Shown here one piece after another: positions 52,272 to 57,526 of a stretch of DNA of 57,526 nucleotides; position 1 is the first letter of the stretch, and every line of letters starts with the position of its first letter. Below the pieces are notes generated by a model that did not search any database, had not been told where the DNA came from, and worked only from the letters and a program-made list of their open reading frames with translations. The position numbers and the translations under genes are program-made. Source of the DNA: Prorocentrum cordatum (taxonomy: Eukaryota); assembly GCA_963575745.1 (NCBI GenBank), contig CAUYUJ010000018.1, positions 62,001-119,526 of the forward strand, in the 5' to 3' direction.

Positions 52272-53579
52272 CACCCCGACTCCTCCTTCCCCTTCTTGCC
52301 CTGCTTGGCCAGCTCCGCCCTCTCCTCTCGGGCCTTGCGGACCTGCTTGAGGATGGCGGCGTCGCGCTCGACCTCAGCCGCCACATGGGCGATCAGGTCT
52401 GGGCAGACCATCGCCATGCCTGAGTCCTTGGTCACCCCTGAGAAGATGGCGCCTTCGTCGAAGACGGCGTGCTGGAGGGAGGCCGCGCCGCCCTTGCCCT
52501 TGCCCATGGTGTTGGGCCCACGCGTGGCAAGGAAGTCCATGTGGTACACGTACTCTACCAATTGCGCCTTCCTGAGCAACAGCTCGATGGTGGCGCTGTT
52601 GCTGACGTCCACCACGTCGTAGCAGAACCCCTTGTCGAGGCACCTCGTGGCCGCGCGGTGAACCTCGACGCCCCAGTCCTCGGACCGCAATCCGAAAGTC
52701 ATGACGAGCGATCGGTGATGCTCGAGCGGCCCCCCTTGGCGCCTGAAGAGCCACACGCAGCACCACTTCACCGTCCTCGGCCCAGGCACGGGCCAATCGG
52801 GGAACGGCGACTCTCGAAGCTGTACGTCCGAGCTGGTGAAGCGGCTTCTCGCTCGATCCTTGGAGGCGATGACCGTCGCCTTGCTGATCCTGAGGTCGTG
52901 GTGGCTCTCCATCACCATGTACTCCTCCACGGGGTGCGCCTGCAGGTCGCGGACCAGCACGGCGACGCCTGCGGGCGTGGTGAAGATGCCCACCTCGCCT
53001 TTCACGACGTCCGTCGCCGACAGGACGACCGGGGTCCCCCTGGAGGCAAAGGTGGTCGACTCCACTGTCACCCACTGCGCCCCGGCCGCGGCAGGCGCGG
53101 CTCCGCCCGCCAGCGGGGCGGCCCCGGCCGGGCCTGCCGCGGCGGCGGGCTGGCCGCCGGCGGGCGCTGGCCGGCGGCACGAACGGGACGAAGGCGCCGC
53201 CCAGCGGAGCCACCGCTGGCAGCCCGGCAGCCGCTGCCTGCTGGATGTACAGGTCGTCGGCGGCCTGACGGGCCTGGCCCATGAACGCGGCGAGCTCCGC
53301 CGCGGTCGGCTCCCTCCTGAAGCGGTAGGTCTGACCGCGTGCAATCCCTGGAGGGATGGTCCGACGATCCGGCGAGAACCTCACAGCCTGGTAGTCGGGG
53401 CTCGTGCCGTCCACCAGCTCGAAGTAGACGTCGGCATCCGGCGTCGCGCACACGATCAGAAAGTCATTGACTGGATTCGCTCCCGGCGGCTGCAAGTGGC
53501 CCAGGACCCGTCGCTGCTGCCATCCTTGGTCCCCGTTGTGCAGGATCCATGCCCAGAGCTGGACGGCTCCGGACGCCAT
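52271..53579 (-). pseudogene. Gag-like ORF of the YR retrotransposon, one frameshift near 53170
   Basis: Long GC3-rich frame(s) upstream of pol, with DWPVPGPRT and a C-terminal helix ILKQVRKAREER. Its TGA overlaps the pol ATG (TGATG, 52273-52269). Confidence 0.7.
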
Positions 53580-53907
53580 GGCGGCGAGTGGTCCTGACGG
53601 TCAAGGAGCCGCACCAGCCGATCACGACGAGGATGCCCGAGGCCGCGATGGATACGACCGCGCCTGCAAGGAGGTCCCAGAGACGCCCCGGGGCAGCCGG
53701 CGCCTCGAGCGTCGGGCAGGCCGGAGGCTCAGGGCACGACGCCTGCACTGGCGTAGGCGCCCCTGGGCACGCCGGGCAGCTTGGCACCGCCGGGCACGTC
53801 AGCTGGCAGGTATACGGCGGGCACTCTGGACAGGAGGGCGCGGCGGGGCACCGACTGAGGTAAGAGATGACGCCCGCTCCAAGCCAATCGGTCACACGGT
53901 TCAACAT
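53464..53907 (-). CDS. Small Cys/Pro-rich single-pass membrane protein (147 aa), first ORF of the YR element
   Basis: The ATG lies just downstream of repeat A1. CPxxPxCP repeats, a hydrophobic segment LWDLLAGAVVSIAASGILVVIGW, then basic RTTRRHGVRSR; overlaps the gag start. Confidence 0.6.
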   Translation of the reverse strand: MLNRVTDWLGAGVISYLSRCPAAPSCPECPPYTCQLTCPAVPSCPACPGAPTPVQASCPEPPACPTLEAPAAPGRLWDLLAGAVVSIAASGILVVIGWCGSLTVRTTRRHGVRSRPALGMDPAQRGPRMAAATGPGPLAAAGSESSQ

Positions 53908-53921
53908 CGGAACCGTGCGCT

Positions 53922-54110
53922 CGCTTGAGCCATCGAGGTCACGGACATACAAGTCGACACGAAAATGCAATGCCGCGGGACCCTGCGAAAAACGACCCCT
54001 TTTGGCTGAAATGGGTCGTTTTCTCCGGCGGCACGCATTCGTGAGGCGTGACCCCAAGGCGGCCCATCCCCGAGACATTAGCTAACAAAGGCGTGATAAA
54101 CACTTGGCAT
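53922..54110 (-). repeat. 5' terminal repeat A1 (189 nt)
   Basis: Identical to 47642-47830; contains a stem-loop aaaacgaccc...gggtcgtttt and an SL-like 22-mer. Confidence 0.95.
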
Positions 54111-54597
54111 AACTAAATTATGCAACATAAATGTATATATATATATATAGATGTATCACGCAGGAAGTTGCGAGCGGGAGCGCGCCCGAAAGCTCAGACG
54201 AACAAAGAAGTTGGTTCAGGTGAGGCCCAAGAGAATATACCATTGAACCAAGTACCCTCAGGAGGGCGCAATTGATCTAAACGCTCCTGCGTGGGGCCAG
54301 CGCTGCGCGGGGGGTGGCCATGGGTACGAGTGAGAGGCTCCAAGGCCCTTCCCCTCGCCCTCAGAGCACCGCTGGGCGTGTGCGATCGACGCCCCAGCCA
54401 CCCTGCGAGTCTGCTCGACGCGGGCCGTTCGCGCTGCAGGCGCGCGCGGCCTGCAGCGCCGCGCGGCTCTCGTCGGCGCAGGCGCCGACGGCCGTGCCCG
54501 CGCACCAATGCTCGACGTTCCAGAACGATCGTTGCCGAGGCTGGGGGCGTCTCTCCGGCCCTCACCTGGCGCGAGCCCCACCCTCCCTGGTCACCAT

Positions 54598-55042
54598 ACT
54601 GGTCGTAGCCCCAACTGCCCGACCCTCGGCACCCATCGGTCGGAAGAAGTAGACTGAGGGGGCCCAGGGACACACAAACCAATACACACAAATCCCAGGA
54701 TTCCCCATATGCTTATGTTTTTTTGAGTTTCGTCTTCCCCCCAACTTCCCATATTTTCCATATGTTCTGAGGAATCGACGATTTGTCTGTGTTTTTTCCC
54801 CTCCTGATCGACAGAAACACGAAGTGGGAAGGCGTTGGAAGCAGATCGGGGGTCCGCCCGCCCTCCCTAAGGAGGACGGAAGAGGTGAAGCCACTCGACC
54901 ATTGACGAGGAGGGACGAGGAAAACCCGCTCGAGCCTTGAAGTAGGAAGGCGCCTAACATAGATTGGCACCTGGGCCTCCAAAAACGCATATTTTCAACG
55001 ACCGATGGGCACTGGTCGTAGCCCCAGCTGCCCCGCCCTCGG
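54598..55042. mobile_element. ~380-bp insert with 11-bp inverted ends, flanked by 32-bp direct repeats
   Basis: actggtcgtagcccca.ctgccc..ccctcgg at 54598 and 55011; cccatcggtcg (54632) / cgaccgatggg (54999). The interior is similar to ~33215-33450. Confidence 0.55.
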
Positions 55043-55049
55043 TGTATTG

Positions 55050-55277
55050 AGCAGGGACCGACCGTCCCGGCATTCCTATAGGCCTACCACGAGATGTTCT
55101 TAGAACCCAGCAGTGTTATCATAACTAAAAGCAATATTCTTAGAACGTCGACCCGAGGTGAAAAAAAAGCCAGACCCAGCCAGAAATGCTCTAAGAACAT
55201 CTCGTGCAGACCACGATAAGGTTCCCAAAACATTCCTTGCGGGGGGCCGACAGGCGAGCCGGGGCGCTTCGCCACTG
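55050..55277. mobile_element. MITE-like element, family 2, second copy
   Basis: Colinear with 25479-25707. Confidence 0.72.
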
Positions 55278-55440
55278 GGGCGGACGGCCCTCCTGCGGGT
55301 GCCCTGTGCCTGCGCAGACCGACCTCGTGCGCAGGGGCCAGGGCCGCGGCGGAGCGCGGGCGCGCGGCCCCCGCGCATCCACGGGCATGCTCGGGTTGGG
55401 CGCCGCGATCTGTGGCTGCAGGGCGCCACCTGCTGGCGCT

Positions 55441-55603
55441 AGGTCGGGCACGTCCCCCTGCACGGGGGGGGGGGGGGGCGAAACATCAAACATAGTCCGA
55501 GAACAAATGTTCGAAAGATGTTCGAAAAAGGTCCAAAAATCGTCCCCGGGCTATTTTTTTGACTATCTTTGACTCTTCCTCCTGTAGAGGGACACGCCCG
55601 ACT
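55441..55603. mobile_element. MITE-like element, family 1, further copy
   Basis: aggtcgggcacgtccccctgca ... cctgtagagggacacgcccgact. Confidence 0.72.
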
Positions 55604-57526
55604 GAATGTTGGCGGCGCGCAGAGGGGGGCAGGGGCAGGGGGAAAGCCTTCTCAGAAGGAGGCCGCCTCTGAGGGGGCGCTGGCCCTGCATCTACAGGCA
55701 AGGCCCGCGCCTTCCCAGGGAGGAGGAGTGCTTCTGAGCAGCCTGCCTCCCTCCTCCTGCCCCCCTCCCAGGGGGGTCCCAAAAGGCGTGTTTTCGGGGA
55801 GGCGGTTTCCCAGGAGGGGCCCCCCAGGCCCCACTCTGACGAGGTTCTCCGAGGCCCCTGGGGGGGCTCTCTGGAAAACCCCCGGGAGGAGGAGGAGGAG
55901 GGAGGAGGAGGAGGAGGAGGAGGAGGGAGGAGGAGGAGGGAGGAGGAGGAGGAAGAGGGAGGAGGAGGGAGGGAGGAAGGAGGGTAGGGGGAGGAGGGAG
56001 GAGGAGGGAGGAGGAGAGGAGGAGGGGGAGGAGGAGGAGGAGGGAGGAGGAGCTCCCCTAATTAACACCCCCTTTTGGAACCCTCTGGCCCTCTGCGCGT
56101 GGCCGACCTGGCACTCGGGGGCGGGCGCGCGCGCGTCCGCGCACCCACCCGCGCGCTCGGAGTGGGCGCCTCGCTCTGCGACTGCCAGGCGCCGCCTGCA
56201 TCCGCGCTCCGCGCCAGGCCGCCCACGGCGGGCCGCCAGGGGGACGAACTCCCTCGCGCGGCGAGGCCGGCGGGAGGGCCCGCTCCTCTGCCGCTCCGCT
56301 GCCGGCTGCTGCGGTCGGTGGCCCACCGGCGCAGTCGCGGTCGGTAGCCCCCCCAGCCCCCCAGCGTGCGCGACGAAGACCTCTTCCGGGCAGTGCTCGT
56401 CGGTGCCGCCTTCGGGGGCGGACCAGAAGGTGGGTTAGCCCATCGCGACGGGCTGCCCCATCGCAGCACTGGACTTCGTGCCGAGCCCAGGGGCCTCGCC
56501 GGCGCGCCCACCTGCCTCCCCGATGCACGCGCCGCGGGCAGCCACCCTGCCAGCTATGGTTGGGCTGGGGATGGGCCGCCCCCGAGCATTGCCGCCAGTG
56601 CCGCTACGGCACGAGCAGCCGCAGCAGCCCATGACCCCGCCGCGGCTGCCAATGCCGAAGCTCTTGGGGGAGGGCAAGGCTGCCAAGTCGCCTGCGGGAA
56701 AGATCGGCACGAGCCTGGCATGGTTGCAGTGGCTGCCGTCCGGAGGGTTGCTGGTCAAGGTGCTCCTCGGCGGGATGCTCCTCAGCCTCCTGCCGACACT
56801 TCCCCAACACTTTGAGGACCCTTGTCGTGATGACCGACGTGGCCCAGGAGGTGGGCTCGGCCGAAGACAAAATCGTGACGGTAAGGGCCAATGTCAGCAC
56901 CAGCGCCGCCAAGTTCGTGTCGGCAGTGACCGACGGCTCCATCGGGATGCTCGCGGCAGCTTGGCGTGGCGTGGACCTGCTGCACGTGACGTCGTTGGCA
57001 GCTCAGGCCAGGCTTTCGTCGAGGGCGAGGACAGCTGGACAGCTTCCCCTGCCGCGCCAGAGGTTCAGCACACGATGGGGCTGGAGCAGGATGTGCTGTC
57101 CGAGCTCGAGCGCTTGCTGTCTCTCCGTTCGCCCAGCCGCCCTCGAGGCGAATTCACGCATCACCGCGTCCCTTCAGCGCAGCTTCGCCAGCATGCGAGT
57201 TTTTGGGCCCGCCGGCTTCCCAGCCCACACGCCGGGATCGCCCGGAGGGTGGTCGCCGTGACCTTCCGCCCTCGCTGGGCGAGCCCTCTTGGGGGGCTCC
57301 GCGGCGTCAACGGGTCGACCGAGGCCCCGAGCGTGAGCGATCGTCTCCAGCAGCTGGGCCTCCGGGCGCTCCCAGCCAGCCAGATCTCGGCCTCGGCCGG
57401 CGCTCCGTGGCTCCCCTGCCGCTCCTGCATCGGCCCTCTTCTCGGAGGCCCCGCCGCCGCGCCGAGCTGTGGGCAGTGCGCGTCTCACGGAGCCTCCGCT
57501 CGCTCTCTGCGCCAGCTGGCGTGGCG

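Larger units (their letters stand above)
47467..54110 (-). mobile_element. Tyrosine-recombinase retrotransposon (Ngaro/PAT-type split direct repeats) carrying a C5 DNA methyltransferase
   Basis: A1 (54110-53922) ... B1 (47963-47831), A2 (47830-47642), B2 (47599-47467). Contains gag-like, RT, RNase H, YR and MTase ORFs. Flanked by AT-rich/(TA)n sequence with no long TSD. Confidence 0.95.

Noticed and set aside
48449..53597. Long plus-strand ORFs over the YR element (and 37675-38556 over the LINE)
   Set aside because: They are antisense shadows of GC3-rich minus-strand coding sequence.
56600..57526. Coding-like GC3-rich stretch at the window end
   Set aside because: The strand is ambiguous, stops intervene and no motif was recognised.

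Overview
GC-rich, microsatellite-saturated eukaryotic DNA. Two copies of the 22-nt dinoflagellate spliced leader (DinoSL, DCCGTAGCCATTTTGGCTCAAG) and a GA-AG intron indicate a dinoflagellate genome (inference). Most ORFs in the track are artefacts of (GAC)n, (CAT)n, (CCT)n, (GGC)n and (TG)n tracts. The recognisable content is almost all on the minus strand. (1) An eIF2-beta gene (14153-13347) preceded by an SL plus a relic SL, yet carrying a 147-nt GA-AG intron. (2) A full-length, degenerate APE/RT LINE (38912-33910) that begins with a perfect DinoSL, lacks a poly(A) tail and is flanked by a perfect 14-bp target-site duplication. (3) A complete tyrosine-recombinase retrotransposon of the Ngaro/PAT type (54110-47467) with split direct repeats A1...B1-A2-B2. 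It encodes a small Cys/Pro-rich membrane protein, gag-like, RT/RNase H, YR and a C5 DNA methyltransferase, and repeat A ends in an SL mimic. (4) A second, decayed C5-methyltransferase fragment on the plus strand (about 23.5-24.2 kb). (5) A ~101-bp satellite, a core-plus-(CAT)n array, several MITE-like families, decayed filamin/SAM-methyltransferase motifs, and candidate micro-exons of a host gene. No rRNA, tRNA or CRISPR array was recognised. The most novel candidate system is retroelements that use or mimic SL trans-splicing, together with the FAST-like membrane ORF in the YR element.
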